64,000 bases of DNA from Nitrospirales bacterium. GTDB taxonomy: Bacteria; Nitrospirota; Nitrospiria; Nitrospirales; UBA8639. Below, in pieces: positions 49,901 to 61,442 of the stretch; position 1 is the first letter of the stretch, and each line of letters starts with the position of its first letter. Below the pieces are notes generated by a model. It had not been told where the DNA came from, ran no database searches, and was given only the letters and a program-made list of their open reading frames with translations. Location: contig CBDBCZ010000017.1 of assembly GCA_965203295.1 (NCBI GenBank), forward strand, positions 384,001-448,000. Direction: 5' to 3'. The translations under genes and the position numbers were made by a program.

Positions 49901-52448
49901 CATCAAACACGGCTCGTAACTTGGTGGTGGTGCTGTGCTCCTTCCTGACAGCGTGCATGGGTAGGTAGAAGACTTCCTGAGGAGATTTCTGTAGATCAGC
50001 TACTGGGACGAGCTCTGCGTGTTGCATCTCGAGATACTCCTCCATCACAGCAGCAAACTCTGGGAATTGATCCTTTGAATGCAGGGAGCGTTCCAGCGAG
50101 AGGAATCTCCGGACGGCTTGGGATATGGATTCTCCAAGGGGTTTTGCCTGTGGATTCTTCGGGAGAGGAACAACGAACCTCTCAGAGCCTCTACGGGTGT
50201 GTGTTTCAGAGAAGTGCTGCATGACGGAGCGTTCTTCAGGGGAACGGTTGCAGTCTTCCCTAGGGTTCTCCTCAATTTCCCAAAAACTGCGAAGGATGTC
50301 GTCACCAGAAGCAACAGCGACGTGGTGAGAGGCAGCGATACGGGGAGGTGATGTGGATGTACCGGCCCTTCCAGCAAGGACCCATCCAAACTTGGTCTCG
50401 AATGCAGTGGGAGTACCAGGCGGTCCATTCCGCCGGCCATGCAGAAGTACGTCAGCATAGATGTCTATGCCGAGGAGGAGATCAATCTTTCCGGGACATC
50501 CAAAGTCAGGATCAGCGAGGTGCAAATCGGAAAGGTGTGTCCATTTTGAGTCCTGATGAACTGGTTGGAGGGGTAGATTGCAGGTGACATGAGGCAGCAC
50601 AACTGCAGTGACTCGAAGCTTCTCATTGGGTGAGGAGACAGCAGCAACATCGAAGGTGGTAACCGAGTGAAGAGGAGATTGATGAGACAGTCCAGCGACA
50701 CCCGAGATCTTCATGCTCTGAGATGATCGTGGCAGACGGAGAGCTTGAGCCAGTCTTTCGGATACAAAGGAGGTCGACGACGCACAATCAAGGAGAGCAC
50801 GAGCCCTCATGCAGGATCCATCAGGGCCGTTGATGACAACTTGGCATGTCATGAGGAGAGTGCTGGAGGTGCAACCAGCCTGCGCATTAGTAGCAATCAC
50901 AGGACCAATGGTGGACACATGAGACTGTTGTTCAGGTGGAACACTTTCTTTCACTTCGGTGTGAATGAGCGTGTGGTGTGGTCTCTGGCATCTCCTGCAT
51001 CGATTGAAGCTGCTGCATTGCCTTGAGAGGTGACCGGGCCTCAGGCAGTTCAAACACAGGCCATTAGAACGAATGGTGGCAATCATCTTGTCATGTGGCA
51101 ATGATTTGAAGCGAGGACAAGCATAGAGTGGGTGTTTTTCGGACTTGCACAAGACGCAATTGGTAGCTGTTTCAGAGGCGTTCACAGCAAGGGATGCAAC
51201 AGCTCTGTTGATTGGAGGCCTCTTGGTGGAGTGAGCTTCGCTGCGTGGGATCTTCCTCGTCTCAGACGTACAGGTTTCGGAAGCTTGGGCTCGAAGGTTG
51301 AGGAATTCCAGTAGCTTCGTGTAGTGTGGGACGCTCTCGGAATCTTGGCTAAACTTCTGCCATTCAAATGTCGTGCTGGGGTCCAATTTCAATTCCAGTA
51401 GTGAAGTGACAAAAGACCCAGAGGGCTCCTGGCCCATGGCCTTGAGTGCACGCAGATGCTGTTGTACAGTATCGTGCAAGCGTCTCAGCTCCTTGCCGGT
51501 GCCCTCCCTCATGCCGGGAACTTCGTATATCTTTCGGACGTGGGTCTGGTGAATGAGTCGCGGGCGGCTGTAGCGTGACTTGAGAGATTCGATGGCTTCA
51601 GCATACTGCTCCCCAGATCGAGACAAACCTTCGATTACGGACTTCGCTGAACCGTCCTTCAGGGAGTGACGTAGGTACACCAGTTTCTCGGCATCAGAGA
51701 TGCTAGTGCGATCATGTATGGCAACAGAGAACTGCTCCCAAAAGGTCTGCCAATGCAGGATGTCGCCGTCAAACATTGGGACGTCGATCTTGGGTAGCTT
51801 GACTCCTCTGGTCTTGGCTGTTGGAGTAGTCGACTCAGGCATGCATAGCCGTCTCATGATCTCGAGGGACATGTCAAATATCGCTTGATCCATCTTCAGA
51901 ACCGCTGTATTCAGGTCATCTGATTCATCTGTCTTTATGGACAGAACCTCGGTACGTACGACTCCAAGCTCCCGCTTGCAGTCCAAGAGCTGCTCCTGAT
52001 AGGCGTGGACCAGGTGAATCTCACTAGGACTTCCAGTGAGCTTGCCGATGGCAGCGTTGAGGGTGGAGAGTTTGGTCTCCAGCTGGGACAAGCGGCGTGT
52101 AATGATGACTCGACTTTCCAGGTCTGTGCTAGGTGTACAAGCTCTGGTCAATAGTTCCAGTCGGTACGCGAGAGAAGCGACTTCATCATCGTGGGTGTCA
52201 AGGATCTCTTGCTCTTGGGCTAGACCGTCCGTGTCGTTATCTTTCATCGCGTCTATCACGGCCAAGTGATGTGTTTTGAAGTCCGCGCTGAGGGCTTCCA
52301 ATCTTTGCGACATGCGGTGGGCGAGGCTTGGCGTTGAAGGTTCGTGAACCTTCCCTTCCAGCTCACTAAGGCGAGTGGCGATACGAGTAACAGAGGCGCG
52401 CACGACGCCCCTTCTTCGTCTGAGTGTAGCGACATCTGCTTCGCTCAT
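46971..52448 (-). CDS. Bel/Pao Gag-Pol polyprotein (~1,825 aa)
   Basis: KLPKIDVPMFDG gag region; zinc knuckles CVLCKSEKHPLYAC, CLNCLRPGHLSRQC, CRRCQRPHHTLIH; protease ALLDCAS; RT YRMTRVTFG...FYVDD; RNase H HGFCDAS / NPADCASRG; integrase HAG...CITC, GVDYAGP, GGLWEAAVKS; C-terminal WPLARV domain. First ATG at 52448. Confidence 0.96.
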   Translation of the reverse strand: MSEADVATLRRRRGVVRASVTRIATRLSELEGKVHEPSTPSLAHRMSQRLEALSADFKTHHLAVIDAMKDNDTDGLAQEQEILDTHDDEVASLAYRLELLTRACTPSTDLESRVIITRRLSQLETKLSTLNAAIGKLTGSPSEIHLVHAYQEQLLDCKRELGVVRTEVLSIKTDESDDLNTAVLKMDQAIFDMSLEIMRRLCMPESTTPTAKTRGVKLPKIDVPMFDGDILHWQTFWEQFSVAIHDRTSISDAEKLVYLRHSLKDGSAKSVIEGLSRSGEQYAEAIESLKSRYSRPRLIHQTHVRKIYEVPGMREGTGKELRRLHDTVQQHLRALKAMGQEPSGSFVTSLLELKLDPSTTFEWQKFSQDSESVPHYTKLLEFLNLRAQASETCTSETRKIPRSEAHSTKRPPINRAVASLAVNASETATNCVLCKSEKHPLYACPRFKSLPHDKMIATIRSNGLCLNCLRPGHLSRQCSSFNRCRRCQRPHHTLIHTEVKESVPPEQQSHVSTIGPVIATNAQAGCTSSTLLMTCQVVINGPDGSCMRARALLDCASSTSFVSERLAQALRLPRSSQSMKISGVAGLSHQSPLHSVTTFDVAAVSSPNEKLRVTAVVLPHVTCNLPLQPVHQDSKWTHLSDLHLADPDFGCPGKIDLLLGIDIYADVLLHGRRNGPPGTPTAFETKFGWVLAGRAGTSTSPPRIAASHHVAVASGDDILRSFWEIEENPREDCNRSPEERSVMQHFSETHTRRGSERFVVPLPKNPQAKPLGESISQAVRRFLSLERSLHSKDQFPEFAAVMEEYLEMQHAELVPVADLQKSPQEVFYLPMHAVRKEHSTTTKLRAVFDAPAKSSTGVSLNDTLLVGPTVHPSLIDVLLRFRLHRVALTTDVSKMYRAVELVPPDRDLHRFVWRRSPDEPLLDYRMTRVTFGVSASSFAANMAVKQNALDFAMEYPLAAEVVKKSFYVDDGLTGADSVQEAIELQGQLQDLFSKGDFLLRKWNSSNPSVLQHLPTDLKECQSMHMMPTSGEYTKTLGIEWNATKDHFRLTISDPPPLDTITKRALVSDIAKTFDIFGWFSPSTIKVKILLQHLWEQKVSWDDPVPSHIKDTWFQWRSELHLLSEKHIPRCHFDKATRVSSVELHGFCDASELAYAAVIYLRLTDTANDAQISLVTSKTKVAPIKRLTIPRLELCGAHLLAQLLHHVRQVFKVPLSHVCAWTDSTIVLNWLDGSPKRFKTYVGNRISAIVDLIPPTKWNHVSGLDNPADCASRGLNPSELLQHLLWWNGPTWLKLQPADWPKQPTLPPNESSEEEREVSLHVTTTPVSPIIPLDRYSSFNQLKRVTAWALRFLKNCRERSNRLSSPLSAEELHKAECYWIQIIQHSHFENEIQALSKKCSLSSSSPLLSLHPFIDSSNVLRVGGRRQLSKSLYGSRHPVILHGKHPLTRLIIRSEHTRLLHAGPTLLAASLTRYHIVGGRKVIRSVTRKCITCRRYSAKPQPQMFGQLPIERVTPGPVFDKVGVDYAGPVLIKYGYVRKPTIVKAYVSVFVSLTVKAVHLELVSDLTSDAFIACLRRFIARRGCPSLIWSDWGTNFVGAAREIKELYHFLQEQRTQDAVASFLSAQNITWKFIPQHAPHFGGLWEAAVKSMKTHLRRVVGDVKLTFEEFSTVLTQIEACLNSRPLVPLPDGDEGIEALTPGHFLIGRPLKALPDSSITYPDSLSLLKHWQLCQALTRHFWKRWSTEYITHIGRFTKWHHPSRNIRVGDLVILREDSAISTKWPLARVIKVYPGKDNLVRVATVRTDAGVYTRPVVKLALLLLSDMD

Positions 52449-52608
52449 CGTCAACAGCTGACTCAGAGGGTAGGGGGATTCCTTAGAAAGGACCAGTAGA
52501 CAATCGTCGGCACTGCACTGAGTTCGTTACAGGTGACTCAGAGGGTAGGGGGATTCCTTAGAAAGGACCAGTAGACAATCGTCGGCACTGCACTGAGTTT
52601 GTTAGTGC

Positions 52609-52626
52609 ATCCGGCTCGAAGGACCA
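52609..52626 (-). other. Primer-binding site complementary to the tRNA-Tyr 3' end
   Basis: The element strand reads TGGTCCTTCGAGCCGGAT directly after the 5' LTR; the + strand ATCCGGCTCGAAGGACCA matches the 3' end of metazoan tRNA-Tyr plus CCA as I recall it. Confidence 0.85.
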
Positions 52627-54903
52627 TGTAGATACGTAGAGCCCTTTCTTCGGTCTGACTTAGTAATATCGCTAGCACTCAGCAGAGAGACTTTCCAAAG
52701 ATTGATTTTTTCTTTCTCCAAAAAATACAATGGCCAGTGGCCTATTTATATCCTCAAACACAGTGGTGGCATGATATGCACATGCAATGTGGCATGATAT
52801 GCACATGCAATGTGGCATGATATGCACATGCAATGTGGCATGATATGCACATGGAATAGGATTGTTTGGTGGAACAATGGTTCAAAAAAGAACAATGAGC
52901 TAGCAGAGTCATAAGTCCAGAACATAAGCATGAGGTAATGTTACATCATACGAAGGTAAATGCATAGCTAATGAACAACTGTATGTCCAACACACGGGCC
53001 AGACTTCACTTCACTTCACTAGTTCACAAGATCCTTGAAAGTGAAGTCTGGCCCGCAAGACTAGCTTTTTAATATGATATGGTTGAGAAGTGGGGCATTG
53101 GCATGCAGGCTTAATAGTAGACTAAAATTTATATGCTAAGCCGTACTAAAGGCTTGAATAGCCTGGGGATACAAGCTGTTACAGACAGTACGTTAGTATG
53201 TACATAATTTTGTGTAGGGAATGCAGGCCCATGTGCATTCGTGAGCTAGTGAATAGCTTACAAATGAAGCACTGTAGCCAGCTCTAAACCCAACGGTTAG
53301 CCTCCTAGCCCCTCACCAAACCCTCACCCAACCCCAACCCCAACCCTAACCCTAACCCTAACCTAACCCAAACCCTAAAAATAAGTGGATGCTAATGTTT
53401 TGTCTCTAACGGAAATTCTTGGGATGAATTTGATCAGAGACAGTATGAACCCGTACCTCGGTTAAATCAACGATTCTGAACACAGCTGGTAGCGACAGTA
53501 GTCCCCAGAGAACGACGAGCACTACACACAACACCGCTATATCAATACGTTTCCTGTAATTGGCTCCGGGTTTTGCCGCCCGTTCTTCGGCAGATGAAGT
53601 GGTCAGAGACACTTTGTAACTTTGCAAGGTCTTCAATCCGATTTCTACCGAGGTATCCATGATCCAAGCGTTTTATAGCGCCAGGCACCACGCCCACCAA
53701 ATTTCGCTTATTGGGGCACTAATCTCGTGCCCAGACGGTATGGGCACGAGACTATTGGCGCACGAGGGCTTACTAATTCACTAGCACTGTCATTTGACGC
53801 ATAATGACGCGCACCATGCTCAGCTCTATGAAAATGCACAAGAATGAAGTTGCATGCATAATCTATAGAGTCTCATATTGCCTCCAATTATTGCCCACTG
53901 GAGTTTGATGAACTTTGTACCCCATGTGCACTTTCTAGGATGAATAATTATACTTACGTTAATACTCCACTAAAATTTAATGCCCATGCATCTTGAGATC
54001 TGAAATGTTAAGTAGCTGTGGACGTTAGGGATCTTGTTATAAAACTATAGTGCTAATAATTAACCACCTCACACAAGTAAGTAAGTATTGCATACTATTT
54101 TTATAACTCAGGAGTACACATACGTACTTCTAAGTCATTCACATACTGTGATAGGCTTACACATGGATAGGCTATATACCACAAAACTAGTGTGCACGAT
54201 CCGGTGTGTTTACAAGTATTAATCACAGTCAAATCAATGGTCTTCAATAATCACAGCACAAACTGGCGCTCCTTCGATATCACAGAAAATGATATAAAAC
54301 GAAATAAAATATTATTCTAGAGAATTGATGTAAAGGAAACCAACATTAAGCAACATCCTCGATAATCCTAACCTGTACAGGAAAATCATATAATCAACAT
54401 AAAATTAAAGTGTGAAAGTCAACACAACAAATGTTCTAGAAAACTTAGGGCAAGCTGTACAAAATTCAACTAAATAACTACTGTAACAGTAACCAAACAC
54501 AGAAATACAGCATGATCCAGTCAGAATGATATCAGTAATACAGTGTGAGGTAAGTATAGGTAACCAATACAACATCTTACCTACTACATGTGTTGTATAC
54601 ATTTTAATAGAGACAAAACAGGAAATAACCAAAACCACAGTGATACATTAACCTAACACTTGCACAATAATAAGGAATCTCAATGTTTTAGGTCACTGAA
54701 ACGAAAAACAGTAAGTATTTCAAAAACACATTTTAGTTAACTTGCTTGGGAATAAACTACAACTACTTTTTCATCTTAATTAGTTACGGTTAATTTAAAC
54801 TAAAAGTGTCCAGTAAGCCATTTTTCTGCTTAGTTGGCTAACTAAAACTAAAACTATACTGTTGTTCCTTAATAGCTAATAGAAGCCATTCTAAAACAAC
54901 ATA

Positions 54904-57900
54904 TTACACCTTCACCCGTGTTACAGTAGAGTTTTGATGCGTACTACCACAGTTACATTGCTTGGATATAAATTGCTTGAACTTAGTAATGTCTACTACA
55001 TAGATTAGATTGACAAATGGATACAGTGCAAAGATTACTAAGCCGAGGTTTGCAGGAATCTCAAATTCCACTCTTTCATACGTTTTTTCGCATACTCTTC
55101 CACCAGGAGCTTCACATGACAAGTAATCTCTCAGTTCATTACCGAAATGTTTGCCAAAAGTACCTAGCGAAGACAATCCTAGAACGCTACCAAGGCATAT
55201 TGCATAGTAGACGAACGTGATGAGTACTTTGAGTTCAGCTGTACTCATCAGAAGAGACGAACGCAGCACTGCTTTGAAACTCTGCAGATGGAAAAATAAA
55301 AGTAGGTGTAGCAATCATTATTTGTCTGCCAATGTGCATGCTACACTCCTGTATACCTGAGATAATAAAATGGATGCAATATGCATGAAGAAGTATCTAC
55401 TAAATATACATGCTAGTGGTTTGCAGAATATAGTAATTACCTTTCCACCCTGCTTTCTTCTCTTCTTTCGATAGAGTCGTATTATTACCCAAAAAATGAT
55501 GGCTGTGAGGGAGAGACTGATGGCCAGCATGATACAGGCAGGCCAAATAATGCCATATGTGATAACATTGGACCCTGGGTGACATGTTATGGGTGGGAAC
55601 CGCTGATACTTTTCTTGGTCAAATGCTACAATTATAGCAATCCATGGCAATATCAGAGCCAACAGTAGCATTGTCAAGTGGACATACTTGTGGTAACCTT
55701 TAAGTTTATAAGATCTTGCATGAAATGGAAACATCACTGCCCAAAACACCGACAGAATGTGAAAGCAGATGAACATAGCGAGCAGCAGAGGGATGTAGAT
55801 GAACATAATGGCTGTGAGCAAGAGAAAGATATATAAACTGATCATGCAAGACATAAATATAGCTTTTATTATTTGGCAATGAAAACAGGACATACAACAG
55901 AAACAAAGACCAACTGATGACAATATCTGTCTGGGTTGCTTCCTCCCTACTGTGGGCAGCCATTATTATACATACCAGCTGTTTCCTCCATGCCATGCTA
56001 TACATGATGCTGTTTTTTCCTCTCCCCTTTTTACCTGCACGTCCTAAATAAATCATTTGAATTGACTGTGCTATCATAGAATGATTGATTCAAGTTAACC
56101 AAGCATCTCATGCAAATCTTTGTACTGTAACAGTGTTAACAGTGTAGCATATTATAATACAGACAAACAGATTCAATACTGTGGCTCATGAACATAGTAA
56201 ACCTCCTTGGAACTAATATAATGACAAACCTTGAAACTTGCAAAAAGTTTTTGGATGTCGAAAACTCTCGCCCAGGTCTCGAAACTGGCAGAAGAGCGCC
56301 TTGCGATCAAAGTATCCCACTAACATAGTCAATTGAAGAACTCCCAACGTGACAGTGCCGTACACAATGAAGATTGCTGGAAACTTCAATCTGATAATAT
56401 AGGATGGAAACATATCTAATTCAATACTGTTCCACCTATCCACCTGCTTGGGGTATATGTACGTAGGCCTAACCCCTTTCTAGAGTATATTTTTTTTACC
56501 CTTTCTAGAGTATACTTTTTTAGACAGGACAATTATTTTCCAGCTAAATTACAATCTGTGGATGCTAATTACCAAATACAAAATTATAATTATTGCGTCA
56601 TCTATGTTTGTGATCATCATGCATGCACATGACAATCTAGTATTATTACGGCAACAGAGTTGGAACACTGCAAGGCAGGAGAATACTCACACATTCTTGT
56701 AGTAGATGCAGGAGAGAACCAGGAGCACTGCTGCACCGATAAAGAAAACTGTAGCCATTATGATCACCATCGTGTCAATGGGAATGTAAGTGCCAAACGA
56801 GAATGCATCCCATACTCCACACTCGGGCCTGCATATCCCATCCAGATCCCGGTAGAAGCCATCACTGCACATTGATGGCTCTGCACTAGTTGCGTTCACT
56901 GAAATTAAAAGAGTGTATATAGTATACAACATGCATGGTTGCAATCAGGTGCACATGCATATGCTGTACAAACCAATGCATCCTCGGACATGGAGAAATA
57001 ACTAGGTATAATATTATTAAATTACAGGTAGCTATGAGCATATTATATTATTATGTTTTTTGAAAATTAGTTTTCCGGTGGAGTAAAAGCTTTTTTAAGG
57101 GAATAACGTTCAATAATTTCTGTATGTACATACATCGTATAGTATATGCAACTTTGAGTGATTTTGACATTGATAACTCATGTACAGTCACTGAGCTCAA
57201 CCAACACTCACAATAGCATCCATTCAACTGGCATTCATGCAAGCTCGCACATACCTGCACACTCTTCGAAATTGTTTAGAGACACATCTGGAAATTCATA
57301 ACACTGTGGCAGCTGATTGGGGCCAAAAACAGCATTAGCAATAGCAAACGGTACCTCACATACTCCTTCAGTGACCGCCCTACACTGTTGAGATGAGGGC
57401 AGGTAGGGTTCTGGTCTGCCATTACTGCACAAACCAAAAATGGATATGCACAAGAATTGCGGAGCTATTTCATTGCATTCTGGACTTGGATCTAGACTTG
57501 GCAGCACACTGATTGCAGTTTGTGCTACCAGCTCTGATTCCTCTTGGTTTTGATTAGCTGGGATAAATACTTCGCTGCCACCATCACCAAAAAGACAATT
57601 CTGCAATGCTTGCAGAGTAGCTCTACATACATCTCCCGTGTAAACTTCTGGGATGCAGAATGTAGTATTTCCCTCTTCACCATCTCGGCTTGGAGTATTT
57701 GTATTGACAACTTCGACATCCTACATAGTTTGGAATTGGTTAATGACAGATCAGTTAGCGAATTCCTTAGCAATTGGTCATCTCTTGGCCAACTGCATGA
57801 ACAATAATTATTAATAGTCTTTCCCATACCATGCACAAAAGCCAAAAAAATATGGTTATCTACTAGACTACATATTAACTAAAAGTCTCTATATAGCAGA

Positions 57901-60900
57901 GACATAGTCTATCAAGCTAGACCCTTGCTTTGTGCAGAGGAGGGTCTAGGAGGGCTAGCTTGATAGACTAGCAGAGACATAGATCTACCCTTCGCTACAT
58001 TTTTTTACCCTGGACTCTGGAGACTGGACTCTAGCCTGATGGCTCTGTATAGCAAGAAAGAATCGCATACCGCATGCTCGTGTAGTGCCACAATGAAGCT
58101 AGCTGTGGACGTGAACGATTGCCATATTAAGTTATGACAGAGACGTTTTTCTGTGTATGCTCCCATATGAACATGTGTTCTAAGACCGTATATGCATGCT
58201 CGCCCTTGAGTTCTAGACCGTAATAAAAATGGCCAAACCTTAAGGTGGTGTTCAGCCGAGATATCGATGTCCCAAAATTAATGAAAAATCACATTTTTGA
58301 GACATTTTTGAGCTTATGTACCCCCATGCACATATAATTTCACCAAAGTGTCTAAATCATGAGTGCTATGCAATGGCACTTAGTATTTCCTGAGGAGAGT
58401 CAAAGAAAAAAAGTTGGAAAGTTAAATTTACTCTGTATGTTTCGAAAAGGTGTTCATTGAAGAGATCTCATTGAGAAGATTACTGGGTTGCTTCATACCT
58501 CTATGGTTTTCCGGGAATAAAAGTCCAAAAATCTTTGGGTGGGACACCACTTTAAGCTTACTGTGTTAAATAAGAAAGAGCTCAAACTGCTTTGGTCATT
58601 ATCAGGTACACACGTCTTTTTAACAGCTGGAGCGCGCGCAGCATGCGAACGGCTGGTCCTAAGATTGCTTTACGTTTTTCGCGTCTGTTTGTTTGTGCGT
58701 CCGCACTTATTACATCATACGTTACTATGCAACTGCAGTGTATAGCAGCTTTGGAGGTTTGCAGGCCAAGCAGCAGGTAGTTGTGTGTTGCCTATAGATG
58801 GTGAAAACTAGGTAGGCAGCCGTAAAGATCCTGTTTTCGTGGCATATAGCTATTAAGTGCAAGCGCACAACGAAACTGTCGAGTCAGCACTTTCGCTGTA
58901 TCACTATGATTTGTGTTGTACAGCTGCAGTTTAATAGCTTGCATGGCCAGAGCTGAGTTGTGTGTATTGTACAGGAAAGGTGCCCAGCTGGTTTTTAGAC
59001 ATAAAATGACAGACATGGATTTAATGTTGGTGTCGAGTTTAGCATTTGTTTAACTCTGTATTTTTCAGAATTAAAAATTTTTACCAGCCGGAGCGCGCAA
59101 AGTGCGCGAGCGTTTGATCCTAAGATTGCACGCTTTATGTTTAACGTTTGTTTGTGCGTCTGCACTTATCACGTTCACAATATATTACGTCATACATTAC
59201 TATATGGAACTGCAGTATATAGCAGTTATTGGAGGTTGTAGGCCAAGCTACAATAAATGAAGGTAGTTGTGTCTTGCCTAGATCATGAAAACTTGTTTTA
59301 AAACTTGCACAAGATCACTCGTGGAGAGGCTATTTTTGCTCCTCTCAGCCCAAGACGCTTTCTTTACATCATCAGACAGCATAGCTAATTGCATTCCACT
59401 ACTGGTACACATGATCGCTTCTAACCTCCTCTGATTGTATATAGCAATAGTCACTATAATTTGCAGTTAATACGTTCTACAGTTTTCAGTTAGCTTGGCC
59501 TGAGCTGAGTTGTGTGTATTGTACGGGATAGGTTCCCGGCTGGTTTTTAGACATGAAATGCCAGCCTGACTTGTTTAAAAGTTAGGGTTGGGTTTAACAT
59601 TTTTTTACAGGGTTAATCACATGATTAATTTTTCTTCCAATAGACATGGAGCCGACAGTCAGACAGACAAACCAATTGCTTAAGGTAGGAAGAGCCTCAC
59701 CTTCGAATCCGCGTGATTCTCCTCATGAATAATTAATGAGATGACGTCACTCACGTGGCGCTAATTAGATTCATTGATATGTTTGCATTTTCCCATGGCG
59801 GCAACCGGAATCAACAGGAGGGGTGTGTCACTTTGATGTGGATAGCGGCTCTTTCATATGCGATATCGGCACTTTGATGTGTTTTTTTTTTTTTTTTTTT
59901 TTTTTTAAAGAAGATATGACATTATAGAATTGTGAGTAGGCTTTTTATGTCAGAATAGCTAGCTAGTGTGTTATAGAAAGTTTGTTAGGCTGCCCGAGTG
60001 GCTAGAAGTCAGCCAGACAGACGGATAGTGGCAGGTTGTTGCCCATCTCAGGTAGGCTAGAATAGTCACCTTTCGGGTCTGTAGGCCCCGCCCATTTTTT
60101 TAAAATTAGTTCAAATAGCTAGTTGTGTGAAAATCTGTGGAGATTTATAGGGAGAGCATTGGTGGGTGGTTCTCAGAAACCGAGGGGTGAATGAAAAATC
60201 GCATCCCTAATTTTTGTGGGAGTAGGTTGAAGTTGTAATGCAGGGCTCGAATTCGTCGGGTGAGCGTGGGCGGTTGCCGAATTTTTTTTGAAAGTCAGGA
60301 TAGCGAAAATGAGGGTTTTGGGGTGGTTGGATGCGTTCAGGGCTGTAAAACTGGCTTTGAAGTATTCCTGTGAAAAAGCATGCCTACGTTTGTAGCCTGT
60401 CCTCTGTAGGTACTGGTGTTGTTGCCAGACTGTGGGTGGGGCTCTAGCAGATTCCAAAATTTCTCGTATTTTAAAGCAACCCGAAATTGCGTTTTTGTGG
60501 ATTTTTTAGCAGGAGGTGTGGTTAGATGCAAAAATTTTGTCAATTCGAGGTAGACTTTCATGTTATCAACAAAGCCGTCCATTTGAATTGTGGATTCCAG
60601 GTGAGGCTATTCCTACCTTAACTAGGCCACATATACGCATAAGGAAATTAGAACTTCGTGTTGCAGTGCACAGGTAATGCACCTCTATTGTGGACACCTT
60701 AAGAACCACCATTATAGAGAGGTCTCCTCATTTCAGGGATAGATTTTTACTAAGGAAACATATTTTGGGATTTAGCAAAGTGTCCTTAATACAGAGGTGT
60801 CGTTTAAGAGGAGTTCTACATGTGACTGGAAGTCGATTACATGATTTTTGCATGGTCTTCCACATTCAAGACAAAGGCTACATATGTACATTAATTCCTT

Positions 60901-61442
60901 GGCCAATTAAGGGAGTGCTTGTTGTTCTCATCTGCATGCATGCTTTGTACCATAGCTATAGGCTAAGCGTTGACAGGTTAATACAATATGGTTGGGGGGG
61001 GGGGGGGGTTAGCCTCGTTCCCAGCCCCCCCCCCGACTTTTCCAGTTACACGAAGGAAAGACTTCGTACACGTGAAACCAAAAAAGCCGTGAGAATATAT
61101 TCTATGGGCAAGTTGAGGAGTGGGGCATTGGCATGCAGGTTTAAACGCTTACATTTATGCAAAGCCGTACTAAAGGCTTTAGTAGCCCGGGCCTGGACTT
61201 GAGATGAGATTAATTTTTACATAATTTTGAACTCTTACCTCGGATAATCCAATAATGCTGAACACAGCTGGTAGCGACAGTAGTCCCCAGAGAACGACGA
61301 GCACTATACACAACACCGCTATATCAATACGTTTCCTGTAATTGACTCCGGGTTTTGCCGCCCGTTCTTCGGCAGCTGAAGTGGGCACAGACGCGTTGTT
61401 ACTTGTCAAGGTCTTTAATTCGATTTCCACCGAGCTATCCAT
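54904..61442 (-). CDS. Frizzled/Smoothened-like receptor, copy 7 (apparently intact, most divergent full copy)
   Basis: Exons lie in ORFs 61179..61442, 57235..57606, 56687..56944, 56213..56443, 55318..55923 and 54904..55314; TE-expanded intron 1 of ~3.5 kb. Confidence 0.8.
57905..57970. mobile_element. 66-bp TAG...CTA mini-element with 9-bp TSD
   Basis: TAGTCTATCAAGCTAG...CTAGCTTGATAGACTA flanked by GCAGAGACA at 57896-57904 and 57971-57979. Confidence 0.85.
58244..58551. mobile_element. Kolobok-like non-autonomous element
   Basis: TTAA|GGTGGTGTTC...GGACACCACT|TTAA: TTAA TSD with RR...YY termini. Confidence 0.6.
58617..59600. repeat. Two diverged tandem copies (~460-520 bp) of a repeat starting with T-run plus GC hairpin (possibly Helitron-derived)
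   Basis: TTTTTAACAGCTGGAGCGCGCGCAGCATGCG...TCCTAAGATTG at ~58617 and TTTTTACCAGCCGGAGCGCGCAAAGTGCGCG...TCCTAAGATTG at ~59078; shared downstream GAGCTGAGTTGTGTGTATTGTAC...GCTGGTTTTTAGACAT. Confidence 0.6.
59684..60617. mobile_element. Kolobok-like non-autonomous DNA transposon (934 bp)
   Basis: TTAA|GGTAGGAAGAGCCTCACCTTCGAATCC...GGATTCCAGGTGAGGCTATTCCTACC|TTAA: ~27-bp TIR and TTAA TSD. Confidence 0.8.

Larger units (their letters stand above)
46604..52992 (-). mobile_element. Full-length Bel/Pao LTR retrotransposon (6,389 bp)
   Basis: TG...CA LTRs at 46604-46923 (320 bp) and 52627-52992 (366 bp); 5-bp TSD CACGG (46599-46603 and 52993-52997); PBS next to the right (5') LTR; one long gag-pol ORF. 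Confidence 0.97.
43734..53660 (-). pseudogene. Frizzled/Smoothened-like receptor, copy 6: chimeric pseudogene
   Basis: 4-bp insertion in exon 5 (CAATATCGATCAGAG vs CAATATCAGAG, ~44633); out-of-frame exon5/exon4 fusion at 45040-45046; ~311-bp deletion of the CRD exon core at ~46459 relative to copy 5; Bel/Pao insertion in intron 1. Exon 1 is at 53406..53660. Confidence 0.88.

Noticed and set aside
47299..52269. Overlapping or antisense genes within the retrotransposon, including an env-like ORF
   Set aside because: Short alternative-frame ORFs without recognisable motifs; pol ends ~50 bp before the 3' LTR, leaving no room for env.
52609..52626. tRNA-Tyr gene
   Set aside because: Only the 3'-terminal 18 nt including CCA are present, abutting an LTR: a primer-binding site.
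60173..60582. Transposase inside the Kolobok-like element
   Set aside because: The ORFs are under 100 aa with no DDE or THAP motifs; the element is non-autonomous.
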